Assembly (NCBI GenBank): GCA_963703315.1
Contig: OY969811.1
Location: forward strand, 256,001 to 320,000
Reading direction: 5' to 3'
DNA length: 64,000 bases
Source: an uncultured cyanobacterium
GTDB taxonomy: Bacteria > Cyanobacteriota > Cyanobacteriia > Pseudanabaenales > Pseudanabaenaceae
The translations under genes and the position numbers were made by a program. Positions 10,382 through 20,048 of the stretch are shown one piece after another. The notes under the pieces were generated by a model that was given only the letters and a program-made list of their open reading frames with translations, searched no databases and was not told where the DNA came from. Every line of letters starts with the position of its first letter. Positions within the stretch are counted from its first letter, which is position 1.

Positions 10382-11683
10382 TTAGTGACTATGATGACAT
10401 TCCTTATAAAAACTTGATTGGTTCTGTTTAGACTCTGATAGATCTTGATCTAATAAACCTAAAGCTGCAATATATTTGGGAATTGCTTGATCAATGGTGT
10501 AGTGGAGTTCTAGTAACTTACGGGCATTTTTGCCTATTTTAGCTTGGATATCAGGATTTGAGGCGAGCCAGCAAATATAATCAGCTAATCCCTGTGCATC
10601 CCCATTCTCAAAACAGCAACCACAATCACCATCGGTCACCATTTCTCGGAGATAGTTATCTTGAGGACAAATTACCGCTACAGGTTTTTCCGCCGCTAAA
10701 ATTCCATACATTTTTGACGGGGCGATCGTATCACTGACGTTAGGCAAGACACTTACTAGCGAGAGGTCACAGGCTGTTAATGAAAATGGTAGTACTTCTC
10801 GATCTTGATAAGGTAATTGCATCACATTTGGTAAATCACCTAAAGCGATCGCCTCTTTAATAATTTGAGAACCAACCCCATTGCCAATAAATACAAATTT
10901 AATATCAGTCCGATCATTGAGTAACTGAGCGCATTTAAGAATGGTTTTACTATCATGACAGCGACCTAAATTACCTGAATACAGGACTACAAAACAATCA
11001 GTTAATCCATATTGTTTAGCAAACCAATTTTCGGATTTTGCGAGAGGGAGAATAAACTGAGGATCTGCCCAGCTATGAATGACATGGATTTTATCCGCAA
11101 GATTTTTGTTTTTCTGCACTATTAATTGTTTCATCGGTTCACTTAAAACAATTAATGATGTCGATCTTTCCCATATCTTCAGATTAACAAATTCCCAAAA
11201 TTTGACGATCCAATGATTAGATGCAACTACGCTTAAACGGACTGCAATTTCAGGATAAATGTCATAAATAATGCAGCTATAGGTATGTCCAAAAAACTTG
11301 TTATAAAACCAGCCAATTAATCCTAAAAATGGTGGTGCAGAAGTCAAGACTAAATGGGAGCCACGAATATCCTTATGCCGAAATTTAATCACGCATCGCA
11401 GTAAAAATAAAATACTGCTAACAGCTTTGCTACGGATGCGCTTAGACATCAAATGAATTGAGCCAGTGCGGCGAACAAATACACCATGACTATTCTCTTG
11501 ATGTTTTACATCCGTCTGTCTAAAGGCATATCCCGGCATTCCCGTAAACACACTGATATCAAATCCTGCCTGAGTTAAGGCAATCGCTAGGTCATAGATA
11601 AATTGCCCAGTGGCTGCATAGTCAGGCGGATAAAATTGAGTAATGATACTAATGCTAGGTTTTGAGATTTTCGTACTTGACAT
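10382..11683 (-). CDS. Glycosyltransferase family 4 (WcaI-like)
   Basis: ITQFYPPDYAATGQ, YDIYPE, LYSGNLGRCH, PSKMYGILAA. Confidence 0.9.
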   Translation of the reverse strand: MSSTKISKPSISIITQFYPPDYAATGQFIYDLAIALTQAGFDISVFTGMPGYAFRQTDVKHQENSHGVFVRRTGSIHLMSKRIRSKAVSSILFLLRCVIKFRHKDIRGSHLVLTSAPPFLGLIGWFYNKFFGHTYSCIIYDIYPEIAVRLSVVASNHWIVKFWEFVNLKIWERSTSLIVLSEPMKQLIVQKNKNLADKIHVIHSWADPQFILPLAKSENWFAKQYGLTDCFVVLYSGNLGRCHDSKTILKCAQLLNDRTDIKFVFIGNGVGSQIIKEAIALGDLPNVMQLPYQDREVLPFSLTACDLSLVSVLPNVSDTIAPSKMYGILAAEKPVAVICPQDNYLREMVTDGDCGCCFENGDAQGLADYICWLASNPDIQAKIGKNARKLLELHYTIDQAIPKYIAALGLLDQDLSESKQNQSSFYKECHHSH

Positions 11684-11696
11684 TATTTTGCCTAGG

Positions 11697-11730
11697 TGAG
11701 TAGTGGCAATTCATGAATTGCCACTACTCA
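11697..11730. repeat. GTAG-type REP-like perfect 34-bp palindrome overlapping the pip stop codon
   Basis: tgagtagtggcaattca|tgaattgccactactca. Confidence 0.8.
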
Positions 11731-12690
11731 CGAATCATTTAAGATTTTTATCGCAAAGCGATCGCCTGCCTCAATTAAAGCGCTCCGAATACCAGCCTCA
11801 GTCATGGAGTGACCAGCATCAGGTACAACAATAAACTCAGCTTCAGGCAAAGCTTGATGTAGTTGCCAAGCGGTAAACATCGGACAGACTACATCATAAC
11901 GACCTTGCACAATAACTGTGGGAATATGCCGAATGCGCTCAACATTCTTCAGCAGTTGATCTTCTGTTGTAAAAAATCCTTTATTCATGAAGTAATGACA
12001 CTCGATTCTTGCAAAAGCATCAGCAAAATCTTCTTTCCCAAATCGCTCAATTAGTTCTAAATCAGGTATCAGCTTACTAGTGCTGGCTTCCCATATTGAC
12101 CAAGCACGGGCGGCTTGCGATCGCACGGTATGGTCAGAACTAATTAGCCGACGATAGTAGGCAGATATCATATCGCCACGTTCCGCAAGGGGAATCAGGT
12201 CAACATATTGTTCCCAAGCTTCAGGAAAAATATAACCTGTCCCTTCTTGATAGAACCACGCTAGCTCTTTGGCTCTGAGCATAAAGATGCCCCGCAAAAT
12301 TAATGCTTGGCAATAATCAGGATGAGTTTCACTATAGGCAAGGGCTAAGGTACTGCCCCAACTACCACCTGATACTACCCAGCGATCGATGTGGAGATAT
12401 TTCCGCAAAGTCTCAATATCGGCGACTAAATGCCATGTTGTATTTTCCTCAAGTTCCGCATGGGGAGTACTTTTGCCGCAGCCCCTCTGATCAAACTGGA
12501 CAATTCGCCACAGGTTTGGATCAAAGTACTGCCGATAAATAGGTTGACTACCGCCCCCTGGTCCACCGTGCAGAATTACGACTGGTTTACCTTGGGGATT
12601 ACCTGATTCTTCAAAATAAATTGTATGTAGCTCGGAGACTTGGAGAAAACCTTGTCGATATGGCTCGATCGCTGGATATAGTTCGCGCAT
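11728..12690 (-). CDS. pip: Proline iminopeptidase
   Basis: HGGPGGG, FDQRGCGKS, GGSWGSTL nucleophile elbow, GRYDVVCP, AGHS. Confidence 0.95.
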   Translation of the reverse strand: MRELYPAIEPYRQGFLQVSELHTIYFEESGNPQGKPVVILHGGPGGGSQPIYRQYFDPNLWRIVQFDQRGCGKSTPHAELEENTTWHLVADIETLRKYLHIDRWVVSGGSWGSTLALAYSETHPDYCQALILRGIFMLRAKELAWFYQEGTGYIFPEAWEQYVDLIPLAERGDMISAYYRRLISSDHTVRSQAARAWSIWEASTSKLIPDLELIERFGKEDFADAFARIECHYFMNKGFFTTEDQLLKNVERIRHIPTVIVQGRYDVVCPMFTAWQLHQALPEAEFIVVPDAGHSMTEAGIRSALIEAGDRFAIKILNDS

Positions 12691-12768
12691 AGAACTGTGG
12701 TAGGTGATGGAAATGCATAATATACCTAAAAAAGAAGCAGCGCACAGCGCTGCTTCTTTTCTTTAGGT

Positions 12769-13548
12769 TTACAAATGACTTTCACTGCGTAACATACTTT
12801 TATAGGCAAGCCAACCTGAGGCGATCGCCACACCAAAAAATCCTATTAAAAATCTGATATGCAAAATCATATCTGGACTAGTGATAGCTTTGCTATTAGT
12901 AGAGAGAGCGGTGAAGGCTTCACTCATGTGATAGACAGGATTAAATTGCGTAATCAAGAGCAAGTCTTTTGATAAAAAAGTGGTCGGAAAAAATGCACCT
13001 CCTAAAATCAGGAGCGGTACACCCACCCCTGCCACCAGAGAATTAACATCTTCGGCTCTACGGGCAAAATTGGTCGCAAGCACAAACCCCATCCCCACAT
13101 AGGAGCCAATACTTGCCAAAATCACCAAAATTCCTAATGCGATCGATCCACTAAAGCGCACATCCCAAAACGCAGCGATCGTATAAATAATCAGGGTTTG
13201 CCCGATCCCGATCGCCGCATAGGCGAAGAAAATACCCAAGAAATAAGACACTCCATGGATCGGAGAAATGAGTAACCGTTTAATCGTTAGGCTCTCTCGC
13301 TCAGAGACAATCGTAGACATAGTGCCGCCTAGACAGCTAAAAAATAAGGCTGAGCCGATTAAAGTCGCAGGAGCCGCTAATTTAAATGATTCAACAGTGG
13401 TAATTTTTGAGCCTTCAGCTAGCACTAAGCCATTTAGTAACAGCATTGATACGGGAAAGATCACCCATAGGAGCAAAGTGCGATATGTCCGAAATAATTC
13501 TAGTAAGATACGTCGCCCGATCGCGATCGCTTCATATCCATAATTCAT
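12769..13548 (-). CDS. ABC-2 type transporter permease
   Basis: Six hydrophobic segments, SERESLTIKRLLISP, GGAFFP, NPVYH. Confidence 0.85.
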   Translation of the reverse strand: MNYGYEAIAIGRRILLELFRTYRTLLLWVIFPVSMLLLNGLVLAEGSKITTVESFKLAAPATLIGSALFFSCLGGTMSTIVSERESLTIKRLLISPIHGVSYFLGIFFAYAAIGIGQTLIIYTIAAFWDVRFSGSIALGILVILASIGSYVGMGFVLATNFARRAEDVNSLVAGVGVPLLILGGAFFPTTFLSKDLLLITQFNPVYHMSEAFTALSTNSKAITSPDMILHIRFLIGFFGVAIASGWLAYKSMLRSESHL

Positions 13549-13650
13549 GTAAGCTTTTCAGTGATTTAGTGCAATTATTAAGCTGAGGAATTATAAATTT
13601 CCCTTGCTTATAGTACGTCCAAGATAGAACTTATCACTCTAATTATTACT

Positions 13651-14718
13651 GTGTTAAACGGCAGGTCTACCTTTAGTAAATATCTAAAACGCATTGCCAT
13701 TGCCGCAGTTGCGATTTATCTTGCCTTTCGTTTGCAGCAAACTTTGCAGTTATTACTGACTAGTATATTTTTAGCGGGAGCGATCACTCCCATTGTTGAA
13801 CAAATAACTAGCTTTAAAGTCAGGATCAGTGGCAAAAAATTAAGATTAAACCGTGTTTGGGCAGTTGTTTTACTTTATCTACTGTTATTTGTGGTGATAG
13901 TGTTAGCGATCGCCCCAGCACCGCAAATCATCCTTGAGCTTGGTCAATTCTTTATTAAGCTTCCTAATTTATTAGAGCAAATTCAACTGCCTAAAGGTGG
14001 CTTATTTAATCTTAATCAGGAACAACTCAACCGCATTTTACAAACCCAGCCCTTAATCGATCAGGCTCAAAATTTTGGTAAAGAAATAGTTAGCCAAACC
14101 TTTGGGTTTACTTTACAAATTTTTAATGCGATCGGGGTTGGCATTTTAAGCTTGTTGCTTGCGGCTTATATGGTGGTTAATTCCGATAGTCTACTCCGCA
14201 GGTGCTTACGTCCTTTTTCTAAGGAAGTTCGCCAAGAAATCGAAACCTTGATTTCCCCCATTACGAAATGTCTAGGGGCTTATGTGGTGGGGCGTGTCGG
14301 TACTTCTAGCTTACTGGGATTCTGTACTTATTTAACGCTGTCGATCTTTGGCATTCCCTTTGCAGGAGCATTAGGTTTATTAACGGCGATCGCTAATTTA
14401 ATTCCCTATATTGGTGGTTTAGTTACCCTAGTCGCCATTTTTATCGCTGCATGGGGTGTTGAGTTTAATCAAGGAGCGATCGCTATATTTATTTGTTTTG
14501 CCTTGCAACAGATCGAAGCTTTTATTCTCCAACCTTGGCTAGTTGCACCATACTTAAACCTTGATCCTTTCGAGCTTTTGTTATCAATTATTGTTGGTGC
14601 TGAACTGCTCGGCGTAGTTGGCGCGATTATTGCCCCACCGATCGCTGGTACTAGCAGAATCATCTTCAATCACTTTGCTGCTAAATCTTCTAACTCAGAC
14701 TCCAATCTAGAGCAGTAA
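13651..14718 (+). CDS. AI-2E (PerM) family transporter
   Basis: Multi-TM; NLIPYIG, QQIEAFILQP, G..GAIIAPP. Confidence 0.88.
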   Translation: MLNGRSTFSKYLKRIAIAAVAIYLAFRLQQTLQLLLTSIFLAGAITPIVEQITSFKVRISGKKLRLNRVWAVVLLYLLLFVVIVLAIAPAPQIILELGQFFIKLPNLLEQIQLPKGGLFNLNQEQLNRILQTQPLIDQAQNFGKEIVSQTFGFTLQIFNAIGVGILSLLLAAYMVVNSDSLLRRCLRPFSKEVRQEIETLISPITKCLGAYVVGRVGTSSLLGFCTYLTLSIFGIPFAGALGLLTAIANLIPYIGGLVTLVAIFIAAWGVEFNQGAIAIFICFALQQIEAFILQPWLVAPYLNLDPFELLLSIIVGAELLGVVGAIIAPPIAGTSRIIFNHFAAKSSNSDSNLEQ

Positions 14719-14739
14719 AAGAGTGCTTTGCGCCCTTGT

Positions 14740-15024
14740 TTAGTAGACCTGAATCCATTCATGGATTTCGTAATCTGTCCAAATGCCATTCTGCCAATAA
14801 ACATCAGACTCAAATAACTGACGAGCCGACTCAAGATCTGGAGCGATATACACTGCAAAAACTTTGGTGACATCTTGGGTCGGACCAATTAGCTGTAACT
14901 TCCCTGATGCATACAATTCCTTGAGATTATTAAGATGGGCTTCACGAAAGGGGACTCGTTTTTCTAAAACGTTTTCACAATAACTGCCCCACACGGCAAA
15001 TTTCTTATTAATTTCGGTACTCAA
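14740..15024 (-). CDS. YciI-family protein
   Basis: EKRVPFREAHL...GP...SDVYWQNGIW. Confidence 0.85.
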   Translation of the reverse strand: MSTEINKKFAVWGSYCENVLEKRVPFREAHLNNLKELYASGKLQLIGPTQDVTKVFAVYIAPDLESARQLFESDVYWQNGIWTDYEIHEWIQVY

Positions 15025-15135
15025 TTTCCTATCAATCCCTATAGAAATAAATTAATTATCCTCAAATAATATAGCCATTGACGCAAAAAGGAGAGGCGAT
15101 GCTTTGCATCACCTCTCCTTTTTATATAGAGCAAA

Positions 15136-15309
15136 TTAATTAAAAAACAAGCGATCAACGATCAAAGCAACAGCAGTTGCAAAAACAGTTACACCAACTG
15201 CAACAAAAATATTTTGACCTTGGCTAACACTAAAGCAAGCAACTGCACCTGCACCCAAACCTGCTGTAACTACGGCAACTACAGGATCTTTAGTTGAATT
15301 ATTGTACAT
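15136..15309 (-). CDS. Small (57 aa) two-helix membrane protein, missed by the ORF track
   Basis: Hand translation MYNNSTKDPVVAVVTAGLGAGAVACFSVSQGQNIFVAVGVTVFATAVALIVDRLFFN*; followed by a hairpin at 15085-15123. Confidence 0.7.
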   Translation of the reverse strand: MYNNSTKDPVVAVVTAGLGAGAVACFSVSQGQNIFVAVGVTVFATAVALIVDRLFFN

Positions 15310-15599
15310 TTTATAAAATACCGACTAAATAAAAATTTTTGATGCTTAATAACTGCTAGCTTACAGCCGCGATCCCAGAGCGTTAGTAGTTCTCAATAAT
15401 TCTTCTTGCGAACCAGTATTTTTGTAATATTCAGCAACAATTGAAATAAAAAGACAGCATGAAGCGCTGTCTTTTTATTTCAGGTTGTCCCACTGTCTCT
15501 AGATAGATATCGCGATCGCTGATATCGCCTACCAAAAGTTGTCACCAAATATCTGTTAGATTTATATATGTTTACAAAGTCAATTTAATAAAAAATTTT

Positions 15600-16553
15600 A
15601 TGAGCTTACTGATCGTTGGTGCGACAGGTACACTAGGTCGTCAAATCACCCGTCACGCACTAGATCGGGGGCTGAAAGTCAAGTGTTTTGTCCGTTACCC
15701 AAAAAAAGCTGGATTTCTTAGAGAATGGGGCGCAGATCTAGTAGCAGGAAACCTAAATAACGTTGAAAGTATCAATGACGCACTCGAAGGAGTCACTGAA
15801 GTTATTGACGCAGCTACAACTCGCGCTACTGGCTCTCAGAGAATTAGAGATGTCGATTGGTTGGGCAAAGTTTCACTGATCCAAGCCGCCGAGCGTGCAA
15901 AGATTCAGCGCTTTGTATTTTTCTCGATCCTCAATGCTGAAAAATATCCCAATGTCCCCCTAATGGACATCAAAACCTGTACCGAAAAGTTTCTAGCATC
16001 TACAGATCTCAACTACACCATTCTTAAGCCCTGTGGATTTTACCAAAACTTAATCGGTGAATATGCGATCCCCATCCTCGAAAATCAGACGATCTGGATT
16101 GGTGGCGAATCATCACCGATCGCCTACATGAATACTCAAGATATCGCCAAGTTTGCAGTTAATGCACTGACTGTGACAGAAACTGAGCGTAAATCCTTCG
16201 CGATCGCAGGTCCGAAAGCATGGCAACCTAGCGAAATCATCAAACTCTGCGAAAGAATGTCAGGACGTACTCGCAGGACTGCGAATATGCCTATTGGTTT
16301 ATTGAGATTTGTCCGCAAAGTTGCTCTCGGTTTTGAATTTGGTTGGAGTTTTGCGGAACGCATGGCTTATGCAGATGTTCTCGCTAGTGGTATTCCTCTA
16401 GATGCCGATATGACGGAGACCTACAAAATCTTTGGTCTCCAAGAAGAAGACATGACCACATTGGAATCCTATATGCAGGAATACTTCAGCCGTATTCTCA
16501 AAAAACTGAAGGAGCTAGATTATAAAGAACCTAAAATTAAAGCTCCTTTTTAA
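15600..16553 (+). CDS. ycf39: Ycf39-like NmrA/SDR-family protein (PSII assembly factor)
   Basis: LIVGATGTLGRQI, FLREWGA, VPLMDIK, AYMNTQDIAKFA. Confidence 0.88.
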   Translation: MSLLIVGATGTLGRQITRHALDRGLKVKCFVRYPKKAGFLREWGADLVAGNLNNVESINDALEGVTEVIDAATTRATGSQRIRDVDWLGKVSLIQAAERAKIQRFVFFSILNAEKYPNVPLMDIKTCTEKFLASTDLNYTILKPCGFYQNLIGEYAIPILENQTIWIGGESSPIAYMNTQDIAKFAVNALTVTETERKSFAIAGPKAWQPSEIIKLCERMSGRTRRTANMPIGLLRFVRKVALGFEFGWSFAERMAYADVLASGIPLDADMTETYKIFGLQEEDMTTLESYMQEYFSRILKKLKELDYKEPKIKAPF

Positions 16554-16562
16554 GTAGCAGGG

Positions 16563-16611
16563 AAGTACGGGATTGTTTCCCCGCCTTCGGCGGGGAAACA
16601 ATCCCGTACTT
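16563..16611. repeat. Perfect 23-bp-arm hairpin of the triloop family
   Basis: aagtacgggattgtttccccgcc-ttc-ggcggggaaacaatcccgtactt. Confidence 0.85.
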
Positions 16612-16678
16612 TGTTTGCTTGAAAAGCTCTAGAAATCAAGATATCTTCTTTCTAGGTTTGCTACTATTGAGTAGAAAT

Positions 16679-16706
16679 GTAGGGGCAATTCATGAATTAC
16701 CCCTAC
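16679..16706. repeat. GTAG-type REP-like palindrome
   Basis: gtaggggcaattcatgaattacccctac. Confidence 0.75.
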
Positions 16707-16794
16707 GGTAAAACAAGGGCTTCACGGCATTTTTGCATAAGTTCTATTCTCAATAACTTCCAATTGAACAAGTGGTAACTAATAACTAATTTTT

Positions 16795-17094
16795 ATGAGC
16801 AAAACACCATTAGACGCTTTCTTTATTGGTAGAGCCACTGCTGAAGCAGTAATTGATCGCATTGAACATACTATAACTGATACACTCAGCGCCCTCGGCA
16901 AATTTGATGCTGAACAAAAAGAGCAAATTCGCATCTTTGTGGAAACAGTTCTTGAAAAAGCCGAACAACAAAAAGGAACTGTCACAACTGAGGATAGTGA
17001 AATTGCTCCTGATGAATTGCAAGAAACTATTGATAATCTCCGCGCTGAAATTGCTCAATTAAAATCTGAGTTGCAACAATATCGCGATCGCTAA
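16795..17094 (+). CDS. Conserved cyanobacterial coiled-coil protein
   Basis: AFFIGRA.AE...LS.LGKFDAEQ...LQETIDNLRAEIAQL. Confidence 0.75.
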   Translation: MSKTPLDAFFIGRATAEAVIDRIEHTITDTLSALGKFDAEQKEQIRIFVETVLEKAEQQKGTVTTEDSEIAPDELQETIDNLRAEIAQLKSELQQYRDR

Positions 17095-17143
17095 AAACAA
17101 ATACAAACAAAAAAAGCCTCGCTTTGCGAGGCTTTTTTTTGTT

Positions 17144-18781
17144 CTAACGTAGTGAAGGCGATGCCTTTGGAGAAAAAGTAGAGTTCGGTGACGAATTAGG
17201 ACTTGGAGTATTCGTGGTGGATGTTGTCCGAGGTGATGCACTAGGTGAACTAGTGGGAGAAGCACTAGGTGAACTAGCGGGAGAAGCACTAGGTGAAGTT
17301 GTAGCTGTAGGCTTAGCCTGTGCTGGCTCCACTTTTTGCTTGTCTCCCAAAATGCTAGGACTACCATCATCAAACACACCCGCAATACAAGAGATCATCA
17401 AAGTTGCTAGTGTGCCGACAAATAAAGCCTTCCAACCCAGATCAGAAATATCACGACGACGGGATGGGATCAAGGCGATCGTGCCACCAACGAAAATTCC
17501 TACCGATGCTAAATGGGCAAAACCAGATAACGCATAACTAACAATGATGACTGTGCGATCGCTAATTAACCCATCTTTAGAAGCTTGAGCCAAAGCTTGA
17601 TAGGGTGGGATCGCGGTCTCCAACAAGCGCCGACCAATAATTACAGAGGCTGTCCAAGAATCATCCAACGATACACCCGTCAGCAAAGTCAAAGGATAAA
17701 ACAAAGCGCCTTGAATATTTGGCAAATTAATTACTTTGAAAATATCGCTGATAGTTGCCAACCAACCAAAAATTTGATTGATTAAATCAACTAAACCCAC
17801 GATTAAAATCAAAATTGCGGCGATCGAAGCCGCCATTTTCAATCCATCCAAAGCGCCGATAATCGTGGCATCCATCGGACTCATGCGCTTCATGGTTTCG
17901 CCACCCGCATTTTCTAGTTCGCCCTCTTCATCGGATGTTGACGATTTTTCTTCCTTGGGAATTCCACCCATTGTTAGAGGTACACCTGTCTCAGGCACAA
18001 GAATTTTAGACAAGACAAAACAAGCGGGGATCGCAATAATTGAGGCGGATACTAAGTGACCAAGAATATTTGGAAAAACAGGGCGCAAAAAGCTGACATA
18101 AATCGCCAATGTTGAAGAAGCTGCTGTCCCAAAGCAACAAGCTAAAATTGCACATAGCTCGCTACGGGTCATTTTGGGTAGATAAGGCTTGACCACGATC
18201 GCCGCCTCAATACCCACAAAAATATTGGCTGCACCGCTCAACGCTTCTGCACCACTCAAACGCATTGTCCAGAAAAATAGCTTGGCAAATATATTGACAA
18301 TGATTTGAATGATCCCCAAATTTTCTAATAGTGCCATTAAACCTGAGAAGAAAACTACCGCAGGCAAAGCCCTAAAAGCAAACACATAAGCTAAACGGTT
18401 AGTTGTGCAGTAATTTGCAGCAGCATTCGCCACACTGGTCAGGTCATCTAATAAAACCTGCCCAGGTGGACAAGTACCATTAGGGCTTAGTGGCAATAAT
18501 GCATAAGGCTCTTGTCCTGTAGGTGGGACAAGCAAACGTCCAAATACAAATCTTGCACCAGTATCTGCCGATGCAAAGATGCCATCTAGCAGACCACTAA
18601 ACCATCGTAAACCTTCTCTAGTTTGGGGCTGCTGAAACACTAGATAGCCTAGTACTAACTGCAAGCCAATTCCCCAAATAATGACACGCCAAGGAATGAC
18701 TCGCCGATCCTCAGAAAAGATCCAAGCTACAAAGCACAAACCAAAAATGCCGAAAAAAGAAACAAAATTCAGGTAAGTCAT
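17144..18781 (-). CDS. Concentrative nucleoside transporter (CNT/NupC family) with Ser/Pro-rich tail
   Basis: FAFRALP.VVFFS, SGAE....AANIFVG, MTRSEL, SYALSGFAH; C-terminal SPSA repeats. Confidence 0.9.
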   Translation of the reverse strand: MTYLNFVSFFGIFGLCFVAWIFSEDRRVIPWRVIIWGIGLQLVLGYLVFQQPQTREGLRWFSGLLDGIFASADTGARFVFGRLLVPPTGQEPYALLPLSPNGTCPPGQVLLDDLTSVANAAANYCTTNRLAYVFAFRALPAVVFFSGLMALLENLGIIQIIVNIFAKLFFWTMRLSGAEALSGAANIFVGIEAAIVVKPYLPKMTRSELCAILACCFGTAASSTLAIYVSFLRPVFPNILGHLVSASIIAIPACFVLSKILVPETGVPLTMGGIPKEEKSSTSDEEGELENAGGETMKRMSPMDATIIGALDGLKMAASIAAILILIVGLVDLINQIFGWLATISDIFKVINLPNIQGALFYPLTLLTGVSLDDSWTASVIIGRRLLETAIPPYQALAQASKDGLISDRTVIIVSYALSGFAHLASVGIFVGGTIALIPSRRRDISDLGWKALFVGTLATLMISCIAGVFDDGSPSILGDKQKVEPAQAKPTATTSPSASPASSPSASPTSSPSASPRTTSTTNTPSPNSSPNSTFSPKASPSLR

Positions 18782-18902
18782 TGGCGTTTGACGGTGAGAT
18801 TAATCAAAGATTAAAAAGTAAATTGGTTTTACGCTTGCAAAATCTAATCAAAATGTTACGATGATAAATGCTTTAAACCATGTCATTTCGCTAAAGGAAT
18901 AA

Positions 18903-19199
<297 letters not shown>

Positions 19200-19482
19200 C
19201 TCACCAATCTATACTAAGCAGGCACTTAGTAGCCAAAGTTTGGTAACCAAAGTACTTAGTAGTCAAAATTACTAGGATCTCAATTCAAATTTGCTACAAT
19301 ACTTGCTAACAATGATTTGAGATTGGTTACATTGGGTTGCGTTCTGGCACATACATCTTCATGATGACTCTCCGAGTATTCGGGCAGGTTGCAGAAAAAT
19401 CGCTCTTCCCTACAGTTTTTCCGTCTGCGATCTTGAGGTCTTCTCAGCCTGTCCCGTTTACATCTATGAGCTAAACTTACCA

Positions 19483-19716
19483 ATGTCTAATATTGACAAA
19501 GATAGCTTTTTAAACCCCAGAGCTAGTTACAGGGGTGAGTTTTCACCAGAAAACCTAGCGTTTGACGCTAACCTCCAAGAATTTACTAATCGCATTTCTA
19601 TAATTTGTGCTTTAGAGACTGGCGGTAAGATTTCACCCATCGAAGCCTATCAACAAATCAAGGATCTCTGGAATAAATTAGATATATCTAGGAAAAACCT
19701 TTTAGGTAATGACTAA
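19483..19716 (+). CDS. Small conserved cyanobacterial protein
   Basis: FL.PR..Y.GEFSPENLAFDANLQEF...ICALETGGKISP.EAYQQIK.LW. Confidence 0.8.
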   Translation: MSNIDKDSFLNPRASYRGEFSPENLAFDANLQEFTNRISIICALETGGKISPIEAYQQIKDLWNKLDISRKNLLGND

Positions 19717-20048
19717 ATTTATCTTGAAATCCTTTCTCAGAGTGGAATGTCAACCCTTTGACATTCCTGTCATAGGTATAAATTCTCGAAAAGATTGTTT
19801 ACAATCTTTAACATAGGTTTATACTAGAAATAATTAACTTCATTTTGCTGACTTCTTCCATTGCATGACTATCCAAAGCAATCTAATTCTTTGGGAGCTG
19901 AAGTTTTCATAAAAAAGCTCTTTTTAAACCGCTTAAAATTTAGGGCAGAGATGTCCTTCGGCTTTGTTATTGATTGTTTATCGTATGCGATTGGCAGAAT
20001 AGGCGAACTGTTCGTAGAACAAATTTGCTGCAAATCTTAGGATCATCC

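Noticed and set aside
19340..19460. Identification as 6S RNA, SRP RNA or glutamine riboswitch
   Set aside because: Diagnostic motifs could not be matched by eye; kept only as an unnamed candidate
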